The notes beneath the pieces are model-generated. The model was not told the DNA's origin. It saw nothing but the letters and a program-made list of their open reading frames with translations, and did no database searches. Below, piece after piece: positions 45,764 to 54,954 of a stretch of 64,000 bases of DNA. The stretch comes from an uncultured Bacteroidales bacterium (lineage in GTDB: Bacteria; Bacteroidota; Bacteroidia; Bacteroidales; VadinHA17). The stretch spans positions 396,220 through 460,219 of the forward strand of contig CAWGRY010000006.1 of the NCBI GenBank assembly GCA_963825165.1, given 5' to 3'. Made by a program: the position numbers and the translations under genes. The number at the start of each line of letters is the position of its first letter. Position 1 is the first letter of the stretch.

Positions 45764-47059
45764 ATGCGTGTCCTGATGTTTGGATGGGAGTTCCCTCCAC
45801 ATATTGCAGGGGGACTAGGCACTGCCAGCTACGGTCTGACGCGTGGTCTTGCGGCACAGCCTGATACCGAAGTGATCTTTGTTGTACCGAAAGCCTACGG
45901 TGATGAAGACCAGAGTATTGTCAGGCTCATCGGAGCCAACACCGTTCCTGTTGAATTTAAAAAAGTGCGTTACACCTATTTCCAGAAACCGGTTGAGATG
46001 ATTGAGGTATTCTCAAAACTGGTACCCTATACTGACCCCGAAGACTTCTGGAAGATGACACGCGGGGAGGTGGCGGAAACTGATATCCTTGTGACAACCA
46101 ACAGACAGGGCAAAGTCGACTTCACCGGCAGTTACGGAGCAACACTGATGGATGAGATCCATAAATATTCCGTTGTAGCGCAGGTGATAGCTTCAGAGGA
46201 AGAGTTTGATATCATCCATGCCCATGACTGGCTCGCTTATCCGGCAGGCATAGCAGCCAAGGCCGTATCGGGCAAGCCGCTGGTGATACATGTGCATGCA
46301 ACCGACTTCGACCGCAGCGGCGGCAACGTCAACCCGGTGGTTTATAATATGGAAAAAGAGGGGATGGATGCTGCAGATAAAATCATCACTGTCAGCAACC
46401 TTACACGCGACATCGTCATAAGCAAATACAATATAAACCCTGACAAGGTGGAGACGGTCTATAATGCTGTCGAGCCACCATCTCACTCTGAACTTGACAT
46501 ACCCGAGCGGACTTACGATGACAAGATAGTTACCTTCCTCGGCCGCATTACAATGCAGAAAGGTCCTGAATATTTTATCGAGGCGGCAAGGATGGTTCTG
46601 TCACGCATGCCCAACGTCAGGTTTGTGATGGCCGGATCAGGCGACATGATGGAGCGTATGATTCGTCATGCAGCCGCACTGCGCATTACTGACAGGTTTC
46701 ACTTCACCGGGTTCCTGCGCGGCAACGATGTCTTCACCATGCTTCGCATGAGCGATGTATATGTAATGCCTTCCGTATCAGAGCCGTTTGGCATCTCCCC
46801 GCTGGAGGCGATGCAGTCAAACGTTCCGGTAATCATAAGCAAGCAGAGCGGAGTGGCAGAGGTTCTCACCCATGCCGTAAAGGTCGATTTCTGGGATATA
46901 GAGGCCATGGCTGATGCCATTTACGGTATCCTTTCCTATCCTGCTCTCTCCCGTATGTTTATTATGAATGGCAAGGAGGAAGTTGACAAGCTGAAGTGGG
47001 AAAAGGCTGCCGGCCATGTTAAGGATATTTACAGTGAAGTATTGAAACAGACAAGCTAA
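45764..47059 (+). CDS. GT4-family glycosyltransferase (glycogen-cluster associated)
   Basis: The ATG at 45764 gives MRVLMFGWEFPPHIAGGLGTA. The E-x7-E region is PSVSEPFGISPLEAM. Confidence 0.8.
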   Translation: MRVLMFGWEFPPHIAGGLGTASYGLTRGLAAQPDTEVIFVVPKAYGDEDQSIVRLIGANTVPVEFKKVRYTYFQKPVEMIEVFSKLVPYTDPEDFWKMTRGEVAETDILVTTNRQGKVDFTGSYGATLMDEIHKYSVVAQVIASEEEFDIIHAHDWLAYPAGIAAKAVSGKPLVIHVHATDFDRSGGNVNPVVYNMEKEGMDAADKIITVSNLTRDIVISKYNINPDKVETVYNAVEPPSHSELDIPERTYDDKIVTFLGRITMQKGPEYFIEAARMVLSRMPNVRFVMAGSGDMMERMIRHAAALRITDRFHFTGFLRGNDVFTMLRMSDVYVMPSVSEPFGISPLEAMQSNVPVIISKQSGVAEVLTHAVKVDFWDIEAMADAIYGILSYPALSRMFIMNGKEEVDKLKWEKAAGHVKDIYSEVLKQTS

Positions 47060-47064
47060 AAGAT

Positions 47065-48588
47065 ATGAGTACATCACAGAAAAAGGCAATCTGCCTTTAT
47101 TTTCAGGTTCATCAGCCTTTCAGACTCAGACGCTACCGCTTTTTTGAAATGGGGCATGAACATTATTATTATGATGATTTCATGAATGAATCAATTCTTC
47201 GTAAGATTGCGTCAAACTGTTATCTTCCTGCCAACAAGATCCTGCTTGACCTGATCAGGAAGCATAAGGGTAAATTTAAAGTAACCTTCTCCCTTACAGG
47301 TATTGTAATTGACCAGTTCAGGCTTTATGCTCCCGAAGTGCTTGCTTCCTTCAGGGAGCTTGCAGAGACAGGCTGCGTGGAATTCCTTGCTGAGACCAAC
47401 TCCCATTCGCTGGCTTCACTGATGAACCGTGAGCGGTTTGAGAAACAGATCAGCATACACACAGACAAGATGATTGAGTTTCTGGGTTATAAACCGACAT
47501 CAATAAGAAACACTGAACTGATTTACTCAGACGAGATAGGCAGCTGGATGGCAGATATGGGGTATAAGGCTACAGTAACAGAAGGTGCAAAACATATCCT
47601 TGGCTGGAAGTCGCCAAATTTCCTTTACTGCAATGCCATTAACCCGAGGCTTAAGGTATTACTGCGCAACTACACCCTCAGCGATGACATCGCATTCAGG
47701 TTCTCCAACAAGAACTGGTCGAGCTTCCCGCTGACTGCAGAAAAGTACGCATCATGGCTCAAGGGGCTGGGAACATCTTCTGACATAGTGAACATCTTCA
47801 TGGATTATGAGACATTTGGTGAGCACCAGAAAAAGGAAACGGGTATTTTTGATTTCCTGAAACATCTTCCTGATGTCATAATCAAGAAAACACCATTCAG
47901 TTTCATGACCGTTTCGGAGATTGCAGATCAGTATCAGCCCGTTGCCGTGCTGCATGTTCCGTCACCAATATCATGGGCCGATGAAGAAAGAGACCTGACC
48001 GCCTGGATGGGTAATGAACTCCAGACCGCTGCTGTAGGCAAACTATACAGCCTTTCAGACAGGGTAGCCAGGTGCGGATCGGATCAGCTTACACGTGACT
48101 GGGTTTACCTGCAGTCGAGCGATCACTTTTATTACATGTCAACAAAATTCTTCTCTGACGGTGCTGTTCATGCATATTTCAATCCTTACGAGAACCCTTA
48201 CCAGGCTTTCATGAATTACATGAACGTCCTGAGTGATTTTGAGATCAGACTTAATACTATTTGTCCTGTCAATGACCATGATGCTGAGGTCAACCGCCTC
48301 TCGGCATCGATTGTGGCAAAAGATCACCTGATCAGTGAGCTTCAGGGGAAACTGACAAAATATGAGAAAAAGGTTCGCGCAGTCAGGCCGAAGGCTGTTA
48401 AAGCCAAAACAGGCAGGAGCACGACGGCGGCAAAAACAAAACCTGTTGTCGTGAAGGCTCCGGTAAAAAAAGCCACATCAGAAAAGACCGCGCCGGGAAA
48501 AGCTGCCGTTAAAAAGACCGCTCCGAAAAAGATCACCGCAAAAAAAACTGCAACCAAGAGTGTCCGGGCAAAGAAAGCCGCAAGATAA
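47065..48588 (+). CDS. glycoside hydrolase family 57 protein with a 76-aa Lys/Ala/Pro-rich C-terminal tail
   Basis: LYFQVHQPFRLRRY is the GH57 N-terminal signature, and FMDYETFGEH is also present. The tail sequence is KKVRAVRPKAVKAKTGR...KKAAR. Confidence 0.85.
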   Translation: MSTSQKKAICLYFQVHQPFRLRRYRFFEMGHEHYYYDDFMNESILRKIASNCYLPANKILLDLIRKHKGKFKVTFSLTGIVIDQFRLYAPEVLASFRELAETGCVEFLAETNSHSLASLMNRERFEKQISIHTDKMIEFLGYKPTSIRNTELIYSDEIGSWMADMGYKATVTEGAKHILGWKSPNFLYCNAINPRLKVLLRNYTLSDDIAFRFSNKNWSSFPLTAEKYASWLKGLGTSSDIVNIFMDYETFGEHQKKETGIFDFLKHLPDVIIKKTPFSFMTVSEIADQYQPVAVLHVPSPISWADEERDLTAWMGNELQTAAVGKLYSLSDRVARCGSDQLTRDWVYLQSSDHFYYMSTKFFSDGAVHAYFNPYENPYQAFMNYMNVLSDFEIRLNTICPVNDHDAEVNRLSASIVAKDHLISELQGKLTKYEKKVRAVRPKAVKAKTGRSTTAAKTKPVVVKAPVKKATSEKTAPGKAAVKKTAPKKITAKKTATKSVRAKKAAR

Positions 48589-48663
48589 GGCTGGTTTTTT
48601 CGTTTATCCCTGGAAGTATACATCATACGCCCTGGTGTATTAAATAATTATAGATATAAAGAA

Positions 48664-51600
48664 ATGAAAGCTGACTTTTTATTTGAAACAAGCTGGGAAG
48701 TATGCAATAAGGTGGGAGGCATTTATACTGTCATTTCAACCAAAGCGCTGAATGCCACTCACGAATACGGGGACAATTATGTACTGATAGGGCCGGATGT
48801 CTGGCGTGATGACAAGACAAACCCTGAATTCACACCTGACGATACCATGTTTCTTCAGTGGAAGGCTGTTGCCGCCCAGGAAGGTCTGAACGTCAGGACC
48901 GGACGCTGGAATATAAAAGGACAGCCGCGCGTGATGCTGGTTGATTTCACTCCTTATTTCGGTCAGCAGAATGAAATATTTGCCCGTTTCTGGGAAACAT
49001 ATAAGCTTGACAGCATTTCGGGACAATGGGACTATATTGAACCTGCACTGTTCGGTTATGCTGCCGGAAAAGTGATCGAGAGCTTCACCACCTATTACCG
49101 CGAGTTTCCAAGGGTTGTTGCACAGTTTCATGAATGGATGACAGGTACCGGTGTACTCTATCTGGAAAAAAACGCACCCTGGATTACCACGGCATTTACA
49201 ACCCATGCAACGGTGCTGGGCCGCAGCATTGCCGGCAATAACAGGCAGCTATACAGCAAGATTAACGAGTACAACCCGGCGCAGATATCGCATGAGCTTA
49301 ACGTAACCTCAAAGCAGTCGCTCGAAAAGATCACTGCCTCTACGGCTGATGTGTTCACGGCAGTGAGTGAGATCACCGGACGTGAGTGTCTTGCCTTCCT
49401 CGGTAAAAATCCGGACGTTATTACTCCGAACGGTTTTGAGGATACTTTTGTCCCTGCTGCGGAGGACTTTGAGGCCATCAGAAATGCGGCACGGGAAAAA
49501 CTGCTTTTTGTAGCAGGAACCCTGCTGGGATACACCCTTCCTGCAGATACGCTGCTCATTTCAACAAGCGGCCGGTATGAATACAGGAATAAGGGAATTG
49601 ACCTCTTCCTCTCTTCGCTGGGAGCAATAAACAAACAGGTGGATACGAGCCGCCAGTGCGTTGCCTTCATTCTTGTCCCGGCATATCACAAAGGCCCCAG
49701 GCAGGATCTTATGACGGCACTGAACAGCGGGTCCTTTGTTACTGATGGTGACAGATATCTTACCCACGGCCTTCATTATGTCAATGAAGATCCGGTGATC
49801 AACCAGCTTATCAGAGAAGACATCAAAAACCTTCAGGGAGACAGGGTTAAGGTAATTTTCGTTCCGTCATATCTCAACGGCGATGACGGCATCTTCAACA
49901 AAACTTACTATGAACTGCTTATCGGGTTTGACCTGACAATATATCCGTCGTATTATGAGCCATGGGGTTATACGCCCCTTGAGAGCCTCATGTTTCATGT
50001 ACCCACTGTCACTACAGACCTCTCGGGATTTGGTATGTGGGTAAATACTTATTTCAAAGACCCGGGTAACGGTTGTCTGATCCTGCACCGCACTGATGAC
50101 AACGAGAAGGAAGTCATCGCCGAAATGGAGAAGCTTATCCGGTGTTTTATGCAGATGAGCATGGGAGATGCGGGAATTGCCAGGGACAAAGCATGGGAAA
50201 TATCACGCATCGCTAACTGGAACACCCTTTTTCATTTTTATACTGATGCCTATACTTTTGCCCTTGAAAAGAGCGAAGACCGGGGCGGGCAGCCAAGGGA
50301 TTATGCGCGCATACTGGAAGCTACCGAAGTGCAGGTTCGCAAACCTTACCAGGTCCCGGTATGGAAGGATATTTACGTTCAGTCGGAGCTGCCTGAACGC
50401 ATTGGTTATCTGAAAGACCTTGCCTCCAACCTGTGGTGGTCATGGAACAGCGATGCCGAGTTCCTCTTCCGCCGGATGGACCCTACCCTTTGGGAAGAAG
50501 TATCGCATAATCCTAAACGATTGCTCGAGACAATTGATTACAAGAGGCTCGTTGTGCTGGCAGATGATGAGGTCTTTCTCGAAGACTCAGACAGGATCTT
50601 CAGGCAGTTCAATGAATATCTTGCGAGACCTGATAACAATGAGCTTCCTTCGGTGGCATATTTCAGCATGGAGTTTGGCATTCATCCTTCTCTTAAGATC
50701 TACTCGGGAGGACTTGGTGTTCTTGCCGGTGATTACCTGAAGGAGGCCAGTGACTCAAATGTCAGGATCACTGGAATAGGGTTACTCTACCGGTATGGGT
50801 ATTTCAGGCAGAAGCTCGGCCCGAAGGGTGAACAGCAGGCAATCTATGAGTTGGAAGATTTTTCCCAGATACCGGTTACCCCGGTCAAGGATTCCATAAA
50901 CAATCCGCTTACCATCTTTCTCACCTGGCCGGGACGAACAGTTAAAGCCCGTGTATGGCTTGCCTCCGTAGGGAAGGTCAATCTGTTCCTGCTCGATACG
51001 GATATTGAAGAAAACACTCCGGAAGACAGGGCTATAACACACTACCTGTACGGAGGCGATTCGGAGAACAGGCTGAAACAGGAGCTTATACTTGGTATCG
51101 GAGGCATGCGTGCACTCATTGCACTTGGCATCAAGCCCGACATTTACCACAGCAATGAAGGCCATTCTGCATTCATCGGGTTCGAACGCATGCGCCATCT
51201 TATCGAAGATGACCACCTAACTTTTGAACAGTCACTTGAGATCATCAGAGCGTCAACTCTTTTTACCACTCATACCCCCGTGCCTGCGGGGCATGATGCT
51301 TTTGAAGAAGATCTCCTCAGGAAATATATCTCGCATTATCACACCAGGCTTAACATAACATGGGATCAGCTGATGGCCCTCGGGCGCTGCCAGGGCGATA
51401 ATGACCGTAAGTTCAATATGAGTTTTCTGGCCACACGCTTCTCCCAGGAGATGAACGGTGTGAGCCAGCTTCACGGCAAGGTTTCACGCGGCCTCTTCTC
51501 GAAACTGTGGCCCGGATACCTCAAAGAGGAACTGTATATCGGTTATGTGACCAACGGAGTTCACTATTCGACATGGGTAGCCCCGGAATGGGAGCAGATT

Positions 51601-52887
51601 TACGAAAAGCTGACCGGAACGAAGAATTTTGACCAGAGCGACAGGGAGCAGTGGAGCAAAATATACGAGGTTGAAGATCAGAAGGTGTTCGAGACCAAGA
51701 TGAAGCTCAAGAAGCGGCTCTTCGATCATATACGCAAACGCCTGCAGACCAATATGCTTGAGAGGCATGTCAGCCCCCGCACATTAATGAACATCAGCAG
51801 TCATCTGAACGAGAAGGCGCTTACCATCGGTTTTGCCAGACGGTTTGCCACTTACAAGAGAGCGACGCTTCTATTCCGCGATCTCGACAGACTGGCAAAA
51901 ATTGTCAATAATGCAGAGAGACCTGTTCAGTTTATCTTTGCCGGCAAGGCACACCCCAATGACGGCGGAGGACAGGATCTGATAAGACGTATCAATGAGG
52001 TCTCCCAGATGCCGCAGTTTGCAGGTAAGGTGCTTTTCCTCGAGAACTATGACATGGAGATGGCCAGGTACCTCGTCCGCGGGGTAGATATATGGCTTAA
52101 CACTCCCACACGACCGCTGGAAGCATCAGGTACCAGCGGCGAGAAGGCTGTCATGAACGGTACGATACATTTCAGCGTGCTCGACGGATGGTGGGTTGAA
52201 GGGTATCATGCTTTCGCCGGATGGGCCCTCCCGAAAAAACGGACATATACGAACCAGGATCTCCAGGATGATGTAGATTCCGAGACGATATACAATATGC
52301 TGGAATACGAAATAGTTCCTGCTTATTATTCAAGGGATACCGATGGTATCCCCCGCGAGTGGACCAGCTACATCAAGAACACGATGGTAAAAGTGGCTCC
52401 GGAGTTCACCACCAGGCGTATGCTTAGTGATTACCTCGAAAGATATTATACCAAGCTGTATGAGAGGAGCAAGCGAATGACGGCCAATGACTACGCTCTT
52501 GCCCGTGAGCTTGCTGACTGGAAAAGCGAGATAACCAGGAAGTGGGATGAGATTGAAATCATCAAGTATGATTTCAAGAATGCCATTAAAAATGTTTACC
52601 GTTCAGGCCATAACTACTCCACTGAGATAATTCTTGACATAAAAAATATTCCTCCTGAGAATGTAGGGGTTGAATTTGTGGTTACCCGTCAGATGCAGAA
52701 TGGCGAGCATGTTTTTTTCACAAGCAAGGAATTCAAACTGGTCAGCAAAAAGAAAGGGCGGGTAATATACGGTGTCGAGTTTCAGCCTGAGATGGCAGGT
52801 ACGTTTTTCTACGGGATCCGTATTTATGCCAAGCATAAGGAACTCCCCAACAGGCAGGATTTCTGCCTGCTTAGGTGGGTTGACTGA
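48664..52887 (+). CDS. fusion protein: GT3 (eukaryote-type) glycogen synthase N-terminal half plus GT35 alpha-glucan phosphorylase C-terminal half
   Basis: The N-terminus FETSWEVCNKVGGIYTVISTKA is GT3-like. From about residue 560 the sequence reads NLWWSWN...AYFSMEFGIHPSLKIYSGGLGVLAGDYLKEASD...EASGTSGEKAVMNG, which is GT35 with the PLP-Lys region. It is a single uninterrupted 1407-codon frame. Confidence 0.85.
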   Translation: MKADFLFETSWEVCNKVGGIYTVISTKALNATHEYGDNYVLIGPDVWRDDKTNPEFTPDDTMFLQWKAVAAQEGLNVRTGRWNIKGQPRVMLVDFTPYFGQQNEIFARFWETYKLDSISGQWDYIEPALFGYAAGKVIESFTTYYREFPRVVAQFHEWMTGTGVLYLEKNAPWITTAFTTHATVLGRSIAGNNRQLYSKINEYNPAQISHELNVTSKQSLEKITASTADVFTAVSEITGRECLAFLGKNPDVITPNGFEDTFVPAAEDFEAIRNAAREKLLFVAGTLLGYTLPADTLLISTSGRYEYRNKGIDLFLSSLGAINKQVDTSRQCVAFILVPAYHKGPRQDLMTALNSGSFVTDGDRYLTHGLHYVNEDPVINQLIREDIKNLQGDRVKVIFVPSYLNGDDGIFNKTYYELLIGFDLTIYPSYYEPWGYTPLESLMFHVPTVTTDLSGFGMWVNTYFKDPGNGCLILHRTDDNEKEVIAEMEKLIRCFMQMSMGDAGIARDKAWEISRIANWNTLFHFYTDAYTFALEKSEDRGGQPRDYARILEATEVQVRKPYQVPVWKDIYVQSELPERIGYLKDLASNLWWSWNSDAEFLFRRMDPTLWEEVSHNPKRLLETIDYKRLVVLADDEVFLEDSDRIFRQFNEYLARPDNNELPSVAYFSMEFGIHPSLKIYSGGLGVLAGDYLKEASDSNVRITGIGLLYRYGYFRQKLGPKGEQQAIYELEDFSQIPVTPVKDSINNPLTIFLTWPGRTVKARVWLASVGKVNLFLLDTDIEENTPEDRAITHYLYGGDSENRLKQELILGIGGMRALIALGIKPDIYHSNEGHSAFIGFERMRHLIEDDHLTFEQSLEIIRASTLFTTHTPVPAGHDAFEEDLLRKYISHYHTRLNITWDQLMALGRCQGDNDRKFNMSFLATRFSQEMNGVSQLHGKVSRGLFSKLWPGYLKEELYIGYVTNGVHYSTWVAPEWEQIYEKLTGTKNFDQSDREQWSKIYEVEDQKVFETKMKLKKRLFDHIRKRLQTNMLERHVSPRTLMNISSHLNEKALTIGFARRFATYKRATLLFRDLDRLAKIVNNAERPVQFIFAGKAHPNDGGGQDLIRRINEVSQMPQFAGKVLFLENYDMEMARYLVRGVDIWLNTPTRPLEASGTSGEKAVMNGTIHFSVLDGWWVEGYHAFAGWALPKKRTYTNQDLQDDVDSETIYNMLEYEIVPAYYSRDTDGIPREWTSYIKNTMVKVAPEFTTRRMLSDYLERYYTKLYERSKRMTANDYALARELADWKSEITRKWDEIEIIKYDFKNAIKNVYRSGHNYSTEIILDIKNIPPENVGVEFVVTRQMQNGEHVFFTSKEFKLVSKKKGRVIYGVEFQPEMAGTFFYGIRIYAKHKELPNRQDFCLLRWVD

Positions 52888-52888
52888 T

Positions 52889-54907
52889 TTAAAGATCTTT
52901 GATGCCTTTTACCTGTTCCCAGAGCAATACCATTGCAGTACGGGCGGGAAGATAGAGTTTGAGATGATGAGGTGCCGTTACTCCGTAGCGGCCCTGGTCG
53001 GGTACCGAAAAATAGCTCTGCGAAGTGTCTATGCGCCCCTGTCCGCCAAACAACGGGTCATCAGTGTTGAGGACGATCCTGAATTTGCCCTTTATGGGTA
53101 TGCCGTAACCTGTAAATGATCTTGTCGGGTTGAAGTTCATGACCGTCAGCAGCTCGCCGCGTTTGAAGGCAATTATCTTATCCGCATTGTTTACGGTTAT
53201 GACTTCTGTCATCTGCACCTGGGGCAGATCGTGTTTCTTGCCAGTTTCAATCATCGCCCGGTCAAATTCATCGAGATGACGGTATCGCAGCAGGCTGTTA
53301 TCGGCGAGGCTCCATTGTCTGCGGGCATATTTGTAGCTCCAGTTATTTCCCTCCCTCGGGAAGTCGATCCACTCGGGGTGGCCGAACTCGTTACCCATGA
53401 AGGTCAGGTAGCCGCCGCCGGCACAGATGAAGGTGAAGAGCCTTATCATCTTATGCAGTGCAATGGCGCGGTCGATTATCAGGCTGGGTGTAGTGATGCT
53501 CATCGAGGTGTACATTTCGGCATCTGCAAGCCTGAATATCAGTGTTTTGTCACCCACGAGGGCCTGGTCGTGCGATTCGCAGTATGACACAACGCGTTCT
53601 TCCGGACGGTGCTGTGTCAGTTCATGCAGGAGAAAGCCCAGATCCCAGTTTTCATCAGGGATCTCCTTCACCATCTTGATCCAGATGTCAGGCACACCCA
53701 TGGCCAGCCGGTAATCAAACCCTATGCCGCCGGAGTCAACCGATGCTGCCAGTCCCGGCAGCCCGCTCATCTCCTCGGCTATGGTTGTTGCGCCGGGGTT
53801 AAATGCATGTATCAGTTTATTGGCCAGTGTGAGATAGACTATCGCATCGCCGTCCTGGTTTCCGTTAAAGTACTGTTCGTATGATGTGAAATTCGAACCG
53901 AGACCATGATCATAGTACAGCATGCTGGTGATCCCGTCAAAGCGAAATCCGTCGAAGCGGAACTCCTCAAGCCAGTATTTACAGTTTGACAGGAGGAAAT
54001 GGGCAACCTTGGGCTTACCGTAATCGAAGCATAGCGAGTCCCATGCCACATGTTTTCTTCTGGCTCCCTTATGGAAGTAAAGCCCCGGGTCTCCGTCGAG
54101 TAATCCCAGTCCTTCGAGCGTATTGGAGACGGCATGCGAGTGAATAAGGTCCATGATCACTCTGAGACCCATGCCATGGGCAGTATCAATCAGTTCCTTG
54201 AGTTCATCTGGGGTGCCGAAGCGTGATGAGGGTGCAAAGAAATTGGAGACGTGGTACCCGAATGAGCCATAATAAGGATGCTCCTGCACAGCCATGAGCT
54301 GCACGGTGTTGTAGCCCAGCCGGCTTATTCGCGGCAGCACCTTCTCTGTGAATTCTCGGTAGGTGCCTGTTCTCTCTTCTTCGGTGGCCATGCCGACGTG
54401 TGCCTCGTAGATGAGGATAGCCGGTGGCGGCGGCGGCGAGGGATTTTTCATCACATAGCTCTGAGGGGGCTGCCATACCTGTGCTGAGAAGATCTTTGTG
54501 TTTTCATCCTGAACGGTGCGGGTGGCATAGGCGGGGAGCCGGTCGCCGCCGCCGCCCCTCCATCTGACTGCCAGCTTGTAAAGATCACCGTGTGACAGCT
54601 TGCCTTCATCAAGCTCTATCACCCAGTCACCACCTCCCTCCGGGTGCAGATTGTAACTGCCGTCATCTTTCCATCCGTTGAAGGTGCCGATGAGCGATAT
54701 GCCGGAGGCATGTGGAGCATGCTCCCTGAAAACCCATCCCTTTTCCGTCCGGTGAAGGCCGTACCAGTGATGACCGTTGGCAAAATCAGAAAGAGGGTTA
54801 CCCCCGGTAATGATAATCTCACGGTCATTGCAGTACGTCAGACGTCCTTCAATTACCCCCCTGAAGGGATCAAGCCACGGGTCGATATCGTAAAACCTCT
54901 CTTTCAA
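52889..54907 (-). CDS. glgB: 1,4-alpha-glucan branching enzyme (GH13, eukaryote-like subfamily)
   Basis: 672 aa. YDIDPWLDPF is at the N-terminus. GFRFDGITSM, GNEFGHPEW and YCESHDQ are GH13 conserved regions. The start codon is TTG at 54907 and there is no in-frame upstream ATG. Confidence 0.85.
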   Translation of the reverse strand: MKERFYDIDPWLDPFRGVIEGRLTYCNDREIIITGGNPLSDFANGHHWYGLHRTEKGWVFREHAPHASGISLIGTFNGWKDDGSYNLHPEGGGDWVIELDEGKLSHGDLYKLAVRWRGGGGDRLPAYATRTVQDENTKIFSAQVWQPPQSYVMKNPSPPPPPAILIYEAHVGMATEEERTGTYREFTEKVLPRISRLGYNTVQLMAVQEHPYYGSFGYHVSNFFAPSSRFGTPDELKELIDTAHGMGLRVIMDLIHSHAVSNTLEGLGLLDGDPGLYFHKGARRKHVAWDSLCFDYGKPKVAHFLLSNCKYWLEEFRFDGFRFDGITSMLYYDHGLGSNFTSYEQYFNGNQDGDAIVYLTLANKLIHAFNPGATTIAEEMSGLPGLAASVDSGGIGFDYRLAMGVPDIWIKMVKEIPDENWDLGFLLHELTQHRPEERVVSYCESHDQALVGDKTLIFRLADAEMYTSMSITTPSLIIDRAIALHKMIRLFTFICAGGGYLTFMGNEFGHPEWIDFPREGNNWSYKYARRQWSLADNSLLRYRHLDEFDRAMIETGKKHDLPQVQMTEVITVNNADKIIAFKRGELLTVMNFNPTRSFTGYGIPIKGKFRIVLNTDDPLFGGQGRIDTSQSYFSVPDQGRYGVTAPHHLKLYLPARTAMVLLWEQVKGIKDL

Positions 54908-54954
54908 TGCCTGAAACTCATCCGAAGATACGAAAAGATAAAGATTAATGTCAG

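Noticed and set aside
48342-48626. 94-aa minus-strand ORF rich in Phe/Ala/Val
   Set aside because: It is the antisense reading of the AAA/AAG-rich Lys tail of the GH57 gene.
48736-49670. 156-aa and 170-aa ORFs antisense to the GT3 domain
   Set aside because: They are shadow ORFs. The sense frame has the diagnostic glycogen synthase signature.
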